Source: Chloroflexota bacterium (GTDB lineage: Bacteria > Chloroflexota > Dehalococcoidia > Lucifugimonadales > UBA2985). From it: a stretch of 64,000 nucleotides of DNA. The position numbers and the translations under genes are program-made. The stretch spans positions 236,766-300,765 of the forward strand of contig JAPPHY010000007.1 in NCBI GenBank assembly GCA_028877205.1. Reading direction: 5' to 3'. The notes below the pieces were generated by a model. It saw only the letters and a program-made list of their open reading frames with translations, was not told where the DNA came from and made no database searches. Below, piece after piece: positions 46,062-55,873 of this stretch (positions within the stretch are counted from its first letter, which is position 1; each line of letters opens with the position of its first letter).

Positions 46062-48152
46062 ATGAGAATGCTCGGCTTCCTCCGGCCCAGTCCCACCCTG
46101 ACCCCGCGCGAGGTGCGCTCCAGTCTGCGCATGATGATGCTGGAGGGCCTGACCAGCGAGGCCCTGGCTACAGTCCAGGTCATGGGCTACCTGGCCGCGT
46201 ACGCACTGGCACTGGGGGCCAGCAACCTGCAGGTAGGCATTGTATCGGCCGTGCCGTTCGCAACGCTGGTCATACAGCTGCCCGCGATCCTCCTCATCGA
46301 GCGGTTTCGCGTGAGGAAGGCCATTGGTCTGCCGGCGTGGCTTCTGGCCCAGCTGCTGATGGTGCCCGTCGGCGCGGTCCCCTTCTTTCTGGACGTGCCG
46401 AGCTCGCTTGCGGTATTGACCGTGATCTTCCTGCTGGCGTGCCGCGGCCTGTTTGCGCCATTGTGGGTTACGTCGTGGATGAGCTGGATGCACGACCTGG
46501 TACCGCGAAGCTTGGTCGGCGGGTACTACGGGCGCAGGCTGGCGGCCAGCACGACGGTGCTGGCCGTGTTGGGGCTGGGCGCGAGCTTCTACATCAGCTG
46601 GTGGGAGGGACAGGCGCCGGCGGGACAGGAGGCCTACGGGTACTCGTTCTTCTTCATCGCGGGGGCGCTCACTCTCGGCGTAATCGGCCCCCTGATGGTC
46701 GCCAGGGCCAGGGAGCCGCTGATGCCGGCGGCCCCGGACGTCAAACAGTCTCCGATTGGTATCTTGACGGAGCCGCTGCGGGACAAGAACTTCTCGCACC
46801 TCCTGCGGTTCCTGTGGGTCTGGGGCATGACGTCCAACATCGCCATTCCGTTCTTCGTCGTCTACATGCTGACCGACCTGAATCTTGAGCTCCCGGTTGT
46901 AATGGGGCTGGTGGTGTTGAGCAACGTGATGCACGTGTTGTTCGTCCGCGTCTGGGGCCCAATGGCCGACCGTGTAGGCAGCAAGACCGTGATGTCGCTC
47001 TCAGCATCGCTGTTCCTGCTGGTGTTCCTGGGCTGGGTCTTCGTCGAGCACACGGAGAAGCACGTGCTGACGATGCCCCTGCTGATAGCTCTCAACGCGT
47101 TTGTGGGAATTGCGCGCGGAGGCGTAATGCTCACCCTGAACACGCTAGCGCTGAAGATTGCGCCGGACGACAAGGCCACTGCCTTTCTCGGCGTGGCTGG
47201 CATTGCCGCGTACGTCAGCATGGGCATCGGGCCGATCATCGGTGGCCTCCTGGCGGACTTCTTTGCCACGAAGACCCTGCGCTTCGATCTCACGTGGATT
47301 TCGCAGTCGGGTGCGGTGGAGATACCCGCTCTTCAGCTCATTGGGTTCGACTTCGTATTCCTCATCGCCTTCTTCTTCAGCCTGCTCTCGTTGAACCTGC
47401 TGGTGGCTCTGCGGGAGGACGGCGAGCTTCCCAGGGACGTTGTTCTGGCAGAGCTTCTGGCGCACGCGACGCCCGCAAGACGGGCCCTCACCTCCCTGCC
47501 CGTCATCGGCTCGCTGACGTCGAGGTCCTACGGGTATCTGAAACGGCTGCCCGGCGCGGACGTGGCCCTGGGCGTGACGGCATACCAGCTGGCCGCGTCC
47601 ACCCAGGCGGCGGTTACTTCCGTGGGCCGTGGAAGGATGCTGGTGCGGGAGGTGTCGCATGCGGTAGGCAGGGCCGTGGAGGAGGCTGTCGAGGACGTGG
47701 GTGACTTTGCCGAGCACGGCCTCGAACTGGCGCGGCACGCAACTCGAGGCGCAGTCCACGTTGGCGATGATCTGGCGGACCAGATGGGCCGCGCCGCCCG
47801 GGGCGCGGTTCTAGGCACGCTGCACACGCTGACTACGCGGCAGGTGCCGCTGCTCGACGCCCTGCACGGCGCCGGCTACGGAGTGGTGGAGGGCGCGCTG
47901 GAGAGCGGTCTCAGCGCCGGCGAGGTAACAACCGAGGCGCTGGAGGCGGCAAGGCAGGCCGCAAGAGAGCTGGGCATTCCTGCGGAGGAGGCCGACACCG
48001 CGCTTGCCGCGGGTATGCTGGAGGCCGCGGAAGCCGCCGGCGAAGAGGCGCTGCTGGAGGTGCGCGAGGCGCTGCCGGACGAACTGGCTGCGCTCGCTGA
48101 GTATGTGACGGCTGAAGCGGAGGAACCGGAGCTCGCGCAGGGCTCGGATTGA
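46062..48152 (+). CDS. MFS transporter with ~260-aa Ala/Glu-rich soluble C-terminal extension
   Basis: 12 TM-like segments and the motif-A-like loop LIERFRVRKAIG. The likely start is ATG 46062 (MRMLGF...). Confidence 0.7.
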   Translation: MRMLGFLRPSPTLTPREVRSSLRMMMLEGLTSEALATVQVMGYLAAYALALGASNLQVGIVSAVPFATLVIQLPAILLIERFRVRKAIGLPAWLLAQLLMVPVGAVPFFLDVPSSLAVLTVIFLLACRGLFAPLWVTSWMSWMHDLVPRSLVGGYYGRRLAASTTVLAVLGLGASFYISWWEGQAPAGQEAYGYSFFFIAGALTLGVIGPLMVARAREPLMPAAPDVKQSPIGILTEPLRDKNFSHLLRFLWVWGMTSNIAIPFFVVYMLTDLNLELPVVMGLVVLSNVMHVLFVRVWGPMADRVGSKTVMSLSASLFLLVFLGWVFVEHTEKHVLTMPLLIALNAFVGIARGGVMLTLNTLALKIAPDDKATAFLGVAGIAAYVSMGIGPIIGGLLADFFATKTLRFDLTWISQSGAVEIPALQLIGFDFVFLIAFFFSLLSLNLLVALREDGELPRDVVLAELLAHATPARRALTSLPVIGSLTSRSYGYLKRLPGADVALGVTAYQLAASTQAAVTSVGRGRMLVREVSHAVGRAVEEAVEDVGDFAEHGLELARHATRGAVHVGDDLADQMGRAARGAVLGTLHTLTTRQVPLLDALHGAGYGVVEGALESGLSAGEVTTEALEAARQAARELGIPAEEADTALAAGMLEAAEAAGEEALLEVREALPDELAALAEYVTAEAEEPELAQGSD

Positions 48153-48194
48153 AGCCGGGAGACTGTGAACGACGCTGCCCGGCTTAGAGTCGCC

Positions 48195-48632
48195 TTACTC
48201 TGGCCTCTGGGTGTGTTCCTGAACCGCGTCTCGCAGCCGGTCTTCCTGCTCCGCAAGCTCTGGCGTGAGCGCTTCGCCGAAGTCCTCCGCTTCGAACACC
48301 GGCCGTATCTCAATCTCGCAGGGTCCGGGCATCGGGTTTGGGCAGCGCTTCACCCACTCGACAGCTTCGTCCATGTTCCGCACCTGCCAGAGCCAGAAGC
48401 CCGCGACGAGCTGCGTCGTCTCGGCGAACGGGCCGTCTATGACCGTTCGCCCAGGCCCGTCGAACACCACGCGCTTGCCTCTCGACGACGGATGCAGCCC
48501 CTCGCCGGCCAGCATCACGCCGGCGTTCACAAGCTCCTCGTTGAAGCGGCCCATTGCCTCCAGCATTTCGGTAGAGGGCATGACGCCGGCCTCGCTGTCC
48601 CCGGTTGCCTTGACAATCACCATTACTCGCAT
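48195..48632 (-). CDS. YciI-like (DGPF domain) protein
   Basis: MRVMVIVKAT.....G.MP..E.L.AM..FNEEL..AGV.L...GL......DGPF.E...L..GFW. Confidence 0.8.
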   Translation of the reverse strand: MRVMVIVKATGDSEAGVMPSTEMLEAMGRFNEELVNAGVMLAGEGLHPSSRGKRVVFDGPGRTVIDGPFAETTQLVAGFWLWQVRNMDEAVEWVKRCPNPMPGPCEIEIRPVFEAEDFGEALTPELAEQEDRLRDAVQEHTQRPE

Positions 48633-48779
48633 TGACGCTACCCCCGCGTTGTCTGGCTCCATCGTAGACGACCGGGAGTCCGCGGGCAACCGGCTTCCTT
48701 GACACCCCAGATTGCGCCCCCGTATCATACTCCGCGAGGCGCGAAACGGCTGGACTGTTCGCGCCTTGTCTACCCAAAC

Positions 48780-48853
48780 GGGCCATTAGCTCAGGTGGTT
48801 AGAGCGCGGTCCTGATAAGACCGAGGTCCCTGGTTCGAATCCAGGATGGCCCA
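48780..48853 (+). tRNA. tRNA-Ile (anticodon GAT)
   Basis: GGGCCAT/ATGGCCC acceptor, CGGTC-CTGATAA-GACCG anticodon arm, CCTGG-TTCGAAT-CCAGG T arm. CCA is not encoded. Confidence 0.9.
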
Positions 48854-48941
48854 CACTCCGCAGTCCAGGCTTGAGAAGGTTGCGAATGGATAGCCTCTGT
48901 CGGGGCTGCCTGAGCCGGAATACAAGACTGCGGAGGTAGAG

Positions 48942-49658
48942 ATGACGATAAACTCGGCTACCGGTTGGTCGCTTATCCTTGCTGTGGCCATTGGTTTGGT
49001 TGCGTCGATGTTCACGCCGGGAGGTTTGCTTATCGATCCTGTAGACTCCGCCGCGTTCGGGGAGGCTGCAGGCGTCCTGGGCAACAACGGTCAGCTGGCC
49101 CAGTTCGCGACATTCCTGTTCGTGGTCAGCGTAGTGCTCTACTGGTTTGGGCTGCACAGCCTGAACCGGGCGTTCAGCGGCAGTTCCGTAATGGACTACG
49201 TGTCCCGGTTCGCACTGAGTATGTTCCTGGTCGGCTACGCCTTTCTGGTCGTCGAGTTGAGCGTCAGACACATACTGACCCACGTGCTCGAGCACGGCGC
49301 GGGAGGCACGGCTGCGGAAGAACAGGCTATGGCGACCACCCTCTTTGCTGCGGCCTCCGGTGTTCACATTGCCTTTCTCTACGTCACAGCCATCGGCTCG
49401 ACGATATTCGGGTACGGCTTGGCACGCCGCTTCGATGGGACGAGCATCTTCAAGCTCGCGTCTCTTGGGTTGGCCCTCACCGGTGCGCTCAGCTTTGTGG
49501 TGCTGATGATTGCAGAGCACGTACCGGAGATAGATCTGCATGGAGTTGCAGTCGTCAGCAACATCGTGCTGTTCTTCGGCTCACTCTGCATTCTCGCCAT
49601 TGGTGTGGGTATCATGAAGGGACGCCGGGAGTTCGTGGGCGAGGAAGCAGCGGCCTAG
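48942..49658 (+). CDS. Multi-pass membrane protein, paralogue family member 4
   Basis: It has the same length class and topology as the other members, with PGGLLIDPVD after TM1. Confidence 0.65.
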   Translation: MTINSATGWSLILAVAIGLVASMFTPGGLLIDPVDSAAFGEAAGVLGNNGQLAQFATFLFVVSVVLYWFGLHSLNRAFSGSSVMDYVSRFALSMFLVGYAFLVVELSVRHILTHVLEHGAGGTAAEEQAMATTLFAAASGVHIAFLYVTAIGSTIFGYGLARRFDGTSIFKLASLGLALTGALSFVVLMIAEHVPEIDLHGVAVVSNIVLFFGSLCILAIGVGIMKGRREFVGEEAAA

Positions 49659-49707
49659 CTGTAGCCCTGACGACGAGACAGCCGGAAGAGGTCCGCGCCC
49701 TGCGCCA

Positions 49708-50634
49708 CTACCGGCTCAAGCGCCAGTTGCGACGCAGCTCTGAGACGTAGCTCCTCCCGAGGCCGTCCGCGTTTTCCTTGAGCCAGTCGCTCAGCTTGGT
49801 CGCACCGGTCGGCTCGCCCCTTGACGTGAGCAACCCGGCCATCAATCCTTCCACCTCGTCGCGGGTGAGCGCAAGGTCGCCCTTCACGCGGCCGACGAGC
49901 TGGGTGAGGGCGAGCCCCAGGGTCGGAGGCGCGTGCACCAGCCGGGCGCGGACGCCCATCGCGGAGGCCAGCAGCCGAAGCAGCTCCTCAAAGGAGAAGA
50001 TCTCCGGCCCCGCGGCGTCTGCGACGACATTCTCTCCCTGGGAACCCGCGTCCACCGCCTGGACAGCCACGTCCTCGACGAATACGGGCTGCACCGGGTA
50101 ATCGCCGCTTCCGTAGACGAGAAAGACAGGGAAGCGGCGGAGCGCCCAGGCAATGTTGTTGAGTAGCAGGTCGCCACCCCCGTAGATCAGTGTGGGCCGG
50201 ATAACGGCATAGGAGACGCCGAGGCCCTTGAGCATCTCCTCCACTTGGGCCTTGCCCCTGAAGTAGGGCAGCCTGGAGTCGTGCGATGGGTTGCTTACGG
50301 AGAGGTGGACAATCCTTCCAACACCCGCTCTCACTGCTGCCTCGAACAGTGTCCCGGAGTTCTCGACGGCGCGGTCGAAGGTCATTCGCCCGCGGGCATA
50401 CCGTATCCAGTAGGTGTTGTAGAGGACGCCCGCCCCCTCTATCGAGCGGCACAGCCCGTCCGGATCCGAGAAGTCCAGCGGGACCGTCTCCACCAGAGCG
50501 CCGAGCGGACTCCGCCCGGCCGGCCGGCGGCTCAGGGTCCTCACCCGGACGCCCCGGTCGATGAGCCTCCGGGCTATGTAGCCGCCCGTATAGCCGAATG
50601 CGCCGGTCACGACGGCAAGGTCGGGATGTCCCAA
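49708..50634 (-). CDS. NAD(P)-binding Rossmann-fold protein (NmrA/atypical SDR epimerase-like)
   Basis: VVTGAFGYTGGYIARRL glycine-rich motif at the N-terminus. Confidence 0.8.
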   Translation of the reverse strand: MGHPDLAVVTGAFGYTGGYIARRLIDRGVRVRTLSRRPAGRSPLGALVETVPLDFSDPDGLCRSIEGAGVLYNTYWIRYARGRMTFDRAVENSGTLFEAAVRAGVGRIVHLSVSNPSHDSRLPYFRGKAQVEEMLKGLGVSYAVIRPTLIYGGGDLLLNNIAWALRRFPVFLVYGSGDYPVQPVFVEDVAVQAVDAGSQGENVVADAAGPEIFSFEELLRLLASAMGVRARLVHAPPTLGLALTQLVGRVKGDLALTRDEVEGLMAGLLTSRGEPTGATKLSDWLKENADGLGRSYVSELRRNWRLSR

Positions 50635-50678
50635 TGTGCCAGTCCTCCTGCACTATGGAAGGTAAGGACGCACGGTCA

Positions 50679-53084
50679 TCACTTAGTTGAGGGCGGCTTC
50701 TCGGTCTGCGCCCCGCCTATCGGCATCCGGTAGCCGACGCGGGGCTCGGTGAGGATGTAAGTGGGGTTGTCGGCGTTGTCGCCCAGCTTGCGGCGGAGCT
50801 TGCCCACGATGGTGCGAATGGGGCTCACCGGGCTATCGTTCTTCTCCCCCCAGACCCGTTGCAGCAGGCGCTCGTAGGTCAGCACCCGACCGGAGTTGGC
50901 CGAGAGCTCGATGAGCAGCCGGTACTCCAGCGCGGTCAGTTGAACCTGACGATCGCCGAGGGTCACTCTATGCGCGGAGTAGTCGATCGTCAGATCGCCC
51001 AGCACGTAGGGCGTCGCTGGTTCGGACACCGCCCGTCGGCGCAGTGCCGACCGGATCCTCGCCGCCAGCTCCGTGGGCGAGAAGGGCTTGACCACGTAGT
51101 CCACGGCCCCCATGTCGAAGGCCCTGACGATGAGATCTTCCCGTCCGTAGGCGGACAGGAAGATGACCGGCACGTCCGCAATCTCCAGGATCTCCTTCAT
51201 CAGCTCGATGCCGTCGGTTCCGGGCAGCATCAGGTCCAGCAGCACGATCTGCGGCTGCTCCGCCTCCATGAAGTGGAGTGCCTCATCCGGGTCCCCGGTC
51301 ACCACAGGCGAGTAGCCGGACCTGGCGAGGGAGTCGCGTATGTAGCGCAGGTCGTTAGGGTCGTCGTCCACCGCGAGTACCCGCACGCGCTGCTCCGGCT
51401 CCATTCGCCTTTGCCGTCTGGAGTGAGTCGGGGCCGGCGGGACTCCCGCCTCGGCGCCTGCATCCGCGACCATCGGAATGGTGAATGTGAAGCGGGCGCC
51501 GAGGCCCGGCCCGTCGCTCTCGGCCCAGATGCGGCCCCCGTGCGCCTCCACCAACCCTTTGCAGATGGCCAGTCCCAGGCCCGTGTCTCCTCCCTGGTCC
51601 TCGGGCTGCGTCGCGGAGAACTTGCGGAACAGGTAAGGCAGGGTCTCGGCCGGGATGCCCCGACCCTCGTCTGCCACCGAGACCGCAACGTGAATGCCGT
51701 CCCGCACTGCGGACACCCTGATGACCGACGACTCCGAGGAGTGCCGGGAGGCGTTCGTCAGCAGGTTGACCAGCACCTGGACTATTCGGAGACGGTCCGC
51801 CATGACCAGGGGCAGGTCCGCCGCCACGTCGATGGCCAGGTTGTTCCTGCCGCCCGCGTTCTTGAAGGCGTTTCTGGCCCGGTCGACCAGCACGGCCACC
51901 TCCGCAGGCTCCGGGCTGACGGGCAGGGTGCCCGTCTCGATGCGGGCCACGTCCAGCAGGTCGGCGACCAGGGCGTTCATGTGATCGGCCTGGTCCCCAA
52001 TGATGCGGATGAACTGGCGGATCACGGCGGGATCGATGTCAGTCGCCGAATCCATGATGGTGGTGACGGAACCCTTGATGGAGGTCAGGGGAGTCCTCAG
52101 CTCGTGGCTCACCATGGCCAGGAACTCCGCCCGCATCCGCTCCAGCTCCTCCACGTCGGCCATGTCCTGCATGGTGACGACCATCGACTCGACCGTACCC
52201 TCGTCCGAGACGATGGGAGTCGCGTTGAGCAGCAATGTGAGGCTCCGCCCGTCGGGAACGCTGATGATCACCTCCTCGGCCCGCACCGTCTCGCCGACGC
52301 TGAGGAGTTCGGCCATTGGGAACTCCTGCAGGGAGACCTCCTGCCCGTCGGCCCGCCTGAAGGTCACCACGGCGAGAAGGTCCTCCGGCGACTGGCCGGG
52401 GTTGCGCAGGCTGTCGACGATCCGCATCGCCGCCCGGTTGAAGGACTTCGGGACTCCCGTCCTGGCATCGAAGACCACCACGCCCACCGGGGAGGTGTCT
52501 ATCAGCGTCTCCAGGTCGGCCCTGGCCCGTCGCTCCTCCCGGTGCCTGCGGGCGTTGGCGATGGCCATCGCCGCCTGGGATGCGAAGAGCGCCAGCGTCT
52601 CCTCGTCCTCCTGGGTGAATTCCTGACCGCGTTCCTTCTCGGCGAGGAAGATGCTTCCGACGCGCTCGCCCCGGTGCAGGAGGGGGGTCGCCATGAAGGA
52701 GACAGTATCGCTCACCGCCACAGGGGGGACCAGCTCAGGAAGGCCCAGGGACCGAATATGGCCGAGCAGGTCGGGAACCCGCAGGGGGCCGAGAATCCCC
52801 CCCAGGTACTCGAAGTGATCTGGCCAGCCCGGTAGCGTCCACAGCTCCTGCGCCTCGTCCACGGTCATACCAGAGGAAAGGAAGTCCTCCGCGGCGCCCG
52901 CATGGGCGTGCAGGGCGATGACGCCGTAGCGGGCGTCGGTGAGGGATCGGGCGGAGTCGAGTACGCCCTGGAGCACGGTGTTGAAGTCCAGGTCTTCTGT
53001 GATTCGGAGGCCGGCCTCGCTCAGTCTGGAGAGGCGGTCTCGCAGCTCCGCTATCTCTCGTGTCGGATCGTCCGGTTGTGGCAA
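50679..53084 (-). CDS. Soluble GAF-PAS histidine kinase fused to a complete OmpR-type response regulator (REC + winged helix)
   Basis: No TM segment. H-box VSHELRTPLTS, the G-box region DTGLGLAICKGLVEAHGG, REC (VLAVDDD...VLLDLMLPGTDG...KPF), and Trans_reg_C (LTALEYRLLIEL...VGKLRRKL....YILTEPRVGYRM). TTG start 5 nt after ggaggt. Confidence 0.85.
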   Translation of the reverse strand: MPQPDDPTREIAELRDRLSRLSEAGLRITEDLDFNTVLQGVLDSARSLTDARYGVIALHAHAGAAEDFLSSGMTVDEAQELWTLPGWPDHFEYLGGILGPLRVPDLLGHIRSLGLPELVPPVAVSDTVSFMATPLLHRGERVGSIFLAEKERGQEFTQEDEETLALFASQAAMAIANARRHREERRARADLETLIDTSPVGVVVFDARTGVPKSFNRAAMRIVDSLRNPGQSPEDLLAVVTFRRADGQEVSLQEFPMAELLSVGETVRAEEVIISVPDGRSLTLLLNATPIVSDEGTVESMVVTMQDMADVEELERMRAEFLAMVSHELRTPLTSIKGSVTTIMDSATDIDPAVIRQFIRIIGDQADHMNALVADLLDVARIETGTLPVSPEPAEVAVLVDRARNAFKNAGGRNNLAIDVAADLPLVMADRLRIVQVLVNLLTNASRHSSESSVIRVSAVRDGIHVAVSVADEGRGIPAETLPYLFRKFSATQPEDQGGDTGLGLAICKGLVEAHGGRIWAESDGPGLGARFTFTIPMVADAGAEAGVPPAPTHSRRQRRMEPEQRVRVLAVDDDPNDLRYIRDSLARSGYSPVVTGDPDEALHFMEAEQPQIVLLDLMLPGTDGIELMKEILEIADVPVIFLSAYGREDLIVRAFDMGAVDYVVKPFSPTELAARIRSALRRRAVSEPATPYVLGDLTIDYSAHRVTLGDRQVQLTALEYRLLIELSANSGRVLTYERLLQRVWGEKNDSPVSPIRTIVGKLRRKLGDNADNPTYILTEPRVGYRMPIGGAQTEKPPSTK

Positions 53085-53182
53085 CTGTTACCTCCATTGG
53101 CCGACGAAGATCACCATACTCAGGCCCAGAGAGGGCCGGAGGAAATGGCGTCGACAAGGACATTATACAGATTCCAATTGAA

Positions 53183-53248
53183 GGTTACAAGAAGTTACGG
53201 ATAATTGGTCTAAGAGTTACGCCTAAGTTACACGACTGGTTGTATACT
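53183..53248 (+). promoter_or_regulatory. GTTACAC-box promoter module S4
   Basis: GTTACA 53184, GTTACG 53194, GTTACG 53216, GTTACAC 53227, TATACT 53243-53248. It lies in the divergent region between the fused kinase-regulator and the methyltransferase. Confidence 0.55.
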
Positions 53249-53394
53249 ACAGGGTGGTGGATAATCCACCCGAAAGATGAGACCCCGCGGCGCCACAGGC
53301 GTGCCGGGCTGCGGCATCAGGGGTCTCGCTCTGACTGCAATCGGTCCTATCGCTCGACAAGCGAAGCCACAGACTGGTAAGGAGGGAGTTAGAG

Positions 53395-54216
53395 ATGACC
53401 CACGAAACATCAGCAACGCCTGACTACACCATGGGCTTTAGTGAGGGATTCCTGGAGTCCCTCAGGCGATACACCGCGGCGGCCAACGCCGCGTACCTGC
53501 TCCCGTATCTCAGGCCCGGCTTGCGCATTCTCGATTTCGGCTGCGGACCGGGCACCATATCGGTGGGTCTGGCCCACGCCGTGGCGCCCGGGGAGCTGCA
53601 CGGCGTGGACATGGAGAAGTCGCAGACGGACATGGCCGAGGCAGCCGCCGCGTTTTATGGACTGGACAACGCCGTCTTCCACGGTGGAGACGTGACCGAT
53701 ATGCCCTTTGAGGATGACTTCTTCGACGTTGCCCACTGCCACAATGTCCTTATGCACGTACCGGACACGGCCGCCGTGCTGGCCGAGGTGAAGCGCGTAC
53801 TGAAACCGGGCGGCATCATCGGCTGCCGGGAGTTGAACTGCTCAGCGAGCTTCACCTATCCCGACTTCGGAATCATAAGGAGAGCATGGGATATGTTCGA
53901 AGACGTGCTGACTGCCGACGACGGCCACCCACAGATGGGCAAGGAGCTGAAGTCCCACATCCTGGCGGCCGGCTTTACCAACGTCAAGGCGTCCGGGTCA
54001 TTCGTCACCTACAGCTCCCCGCAGGACATCGAGTACATCTACCGGTTCATCCAAAACTGGTTCCTGTCTGCGGAGATCACGGAGGCGGCGATAAAGTACG
54101 GCGCAGCGACCGAGCGGCTGTGCGAAGAGATACGAGTCGCCTACAGCCGATGGAAGGAGCACCCCGGGGCGGTCATAGGTGTCGCCTTCGGCGAGGTCCT
54201 GGCCAACAAGCCCTAG
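53395..54216 (+). CDS. Class I SAM-dependent methyltransferase
   Basis: ILDFGCGPGTISVGLA, ...FDVAHCHNVLMHV..., strong SD taaggaggg. Confidence 0.85.
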   Translation: MTHETSATPDYTMGFSEGFLESLRRYTAAANAAYLLPYLRPGLRILDFGCGPGTISVGLAHAVAPGELHGVDMEKSQTDMAEAAAAFYGLDNAVFHGGDVTDMPFEDDFFDVAHCHNVLMHVPDTAAVLAEVKRVLKPGGIIGCRELNCSASFTYPDFGIIRRAWDMFEDVLTADDGHPQMGKELKSHILAAGFTNVKASGSFVTYSSPQDIEYIYRFIQNWFLSAEITEAAIKYGAATERLCEEIRVAYSRWKEHPGAVIGVAFGEVLANKP

Positions 54217-54275
54217 CTTCAGAGAAAGCGCCGCCCGGACGACACTGGGTCAGAGACCGGCGCTCCGGCTCACAT

Positions 54276-54331
54276 GGCGCTGCCCCCGCTTCTCCCCCTA
54301 CACACCGTGGATGCGCTGCGGGGGCAGCGCC
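54276..54331 (+). terminator. 14-bp perfect hairpin downstream of the methyltransferase
   Basis: ggcgctgcccccgc (54276-54289) and gcgggggcagcgcc (54318-54331) with a 28-nt loop. No U-tract. Confidence 0.3.
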
Positions 54332-54407
54332 ACCAATCCACGAAGTTCGGCCATTCTGGTACAGTCCTCGCTTTGCACTTCCCTCTCGCTGCTTGACGTG
54401 TGCGCGG

Positions 54408-54500
54408 CCCGCTCGTGGTGAGCTTGTCGAACCATTCGAGCGGGCTAGGGAGAGGCCACAGTCCGCTCACGCCCTTCGACGAGCTCAGGGTGAGCGGACT
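54408..54500. repeat. REP family 1 hairpin
   Basis: cccgctcgtggtgagcttgtcgaaccat ... cccttcgacgagctcagggtgagcgg. Confidence 0.8.
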
Positions 54501-54556
54501 GGGTGGCACTCGATGCCGCCGCTCAGCTTGACACGCGGACGGAGGCAGGCCCCACC

Positions 54557-54662
54557 GTCATTCTGAACGGAGCGCAATGAAGAATCCAGGGCCTTTGCTC
54601 GCAAAGCTGCGCCGTCTTCACGGAGCCCCTTTGGATTCCTCGCCTGCGGCTCAGAATGTCAT
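54557..54662. repeat. Second palindromic element (family 2)
   Basis: Arms are gtcattctgaacggagcgcaatgaagaatcc (54557-54587) and ggattcctcgcctgcggctcagaatgtcat (54633-54662), forming an imperfect inverted repeat. Confidence 0.6.
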
Positions 54663-54746
54663 TCAACGAAGCCGCCGCGTGGGTTACCCAGGGGTCTTCT
54701 TGAGGGGGAAGATCGAGATTGGGAGGCAGGCTCTAACTCACTCCGC

Positions 54747-55238
54747 TTACCGGCTTGATTGCTTCATGGCAGCGTAGTTGGCCAGTATCCTGTCGGCAAC
54801 CGACCTGCACATGATCATCTCTTCGCGGCTGACTCCCGCGAGGAGCCTGACATTGAACGCCGTCACGCGGCGCTGCAGCTCATTGATCAGGTCGCGCCCC
54901 GTCTCGGTGAGGCTCAACAGCACAACGCGACGGTCATCGCGCACCCGGCGTCTCTGTAGGATCTCCATATCAACCAACCTGGACACCACGCGGCTTATCC
55001 GCGAGGCGTCCACGGGCAGGACCTGCGCCAGCTGAGTGGCGGTGCACTCTCCCTCCGCCAGGCAGAACCTCAGGAGGCTGTACTCCAGGGAAGTGATATC
55101 GTGGGGCGCCGCCTCGTCCGATATTCCCGAAGCGAACGCGTTCAGCAGGTCCATGATGTACGGCCCCAGGTTCGTCGCCATTCTCTCGGTAACCTGCGGG
55201 TCAACTTCCTGATACTGATCTCGAAGGTCTGTCACCAT
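54747..55238 (-). CDS. MarR-family transcriptional regulator
   Basis: The winged-helix core is TATQLAQVLPVDASRISRVVSRLVDMEILQRRRVRDDRRVVLLSLTETG. Confidence 0.9.
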   Translation of the reverse strand: MVTDLRDQYQEVDPQVTERMATNLGPYIMDLLNAFASGISDEAAPHDITSLEYSLLRFCLAEGECTATQLAQVLPVDASRISRVVSRLVDMEILQRRRVRDDRRVVLLSLTETGRDLINELQRRVTAFNVRLLAGVSREEMIMCRSVADRILANYAAMKQSSR

Positions 55239-55378
55239 TTGCTCTCCATACAGAATAGCGCCGTAGTGTCCGGCGTCAGAACGGCTCCGGACGGCGAGAT
55301 TCCCCAGCCCGCCGGGGCTAACCGACCTGCCGGTTTAGATTGGTGAGACGAATTTAATGAATTCTTCATCTTTTGCTC

Positions 55379-55407
55379 TTGACAAGAATTGCTAACGCAT
55401 ATATTGT
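55379..55407 (+). promoter_or_regulatory. Sigma-70-like promoter candidate facing the giant gene
   Basis: TTGACA (55379-55384), 17 nt, TATTGT (55402-55407), with an A/T-rich upstream tract. An 11-bp palindrome TCTTGaCAAGA overlaps the -35 and could be the MarR operator. Confidence 0.4.
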
Positions 55408-55829
55408 ATCTGCAATGGTTGTGTTACGCAAGTGTTCCAGGCAAGGTAAATAGCCCGGAGAAATCTTACAAAGGGATACTTGCAGGAAGCCTGGGAAGAG
55501 GAACGTGAGACGGCAAACAAAGAACACCGTGTGCTGGAATCCCAGCCTTTGCGTGAACGCCGGTTCACAGCGGACTGTATTAGCATCTCTGTCTCATCGT
55601 GCGGCTCATGCGCTCTTGCGCTCCGCTCTGTCCCCTCATGGACCCGTGGGAGAAAGGGTGGGATATGGGTAATCCTTCGAGTTGGGGAGGCCTGGCTCTG
55701 GGCAGGAGCTGGGCCCCCTGCGAAAACGGCTCCGGCGCGACCGACTCTCACATCGAAGACGCTCCGAGAACCACCGCCTACACATACTACCGCATAGCGC
55801 CTGGCCTCACAAGCGGCTGGGGGTCGGCC

Positions 55830-55873
55830 GTTGTAACATTCGGGTTAAGTGGTTGTAACATGCGGGTTAAATC
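55830..55873. repeat. Tandem 22-bp direct repeat
   Basis: gttgtaacattcgggttaagtg / gttgtaacatgcgggttaaatc. The reverse complement of each contains GTTACAAC, the distal box of modules S1/S2. Confidence 0.85.

Noticed and set aside
50859-52835. 658-aa plus-strand ORF
   Set aside because: It is antisense to the GAF-PAS-kinase-regulator gene, whose motifs are clear. Its Arg/Gly/His/Pro-rich composition is typical of antisense frames in high-GC DNA.
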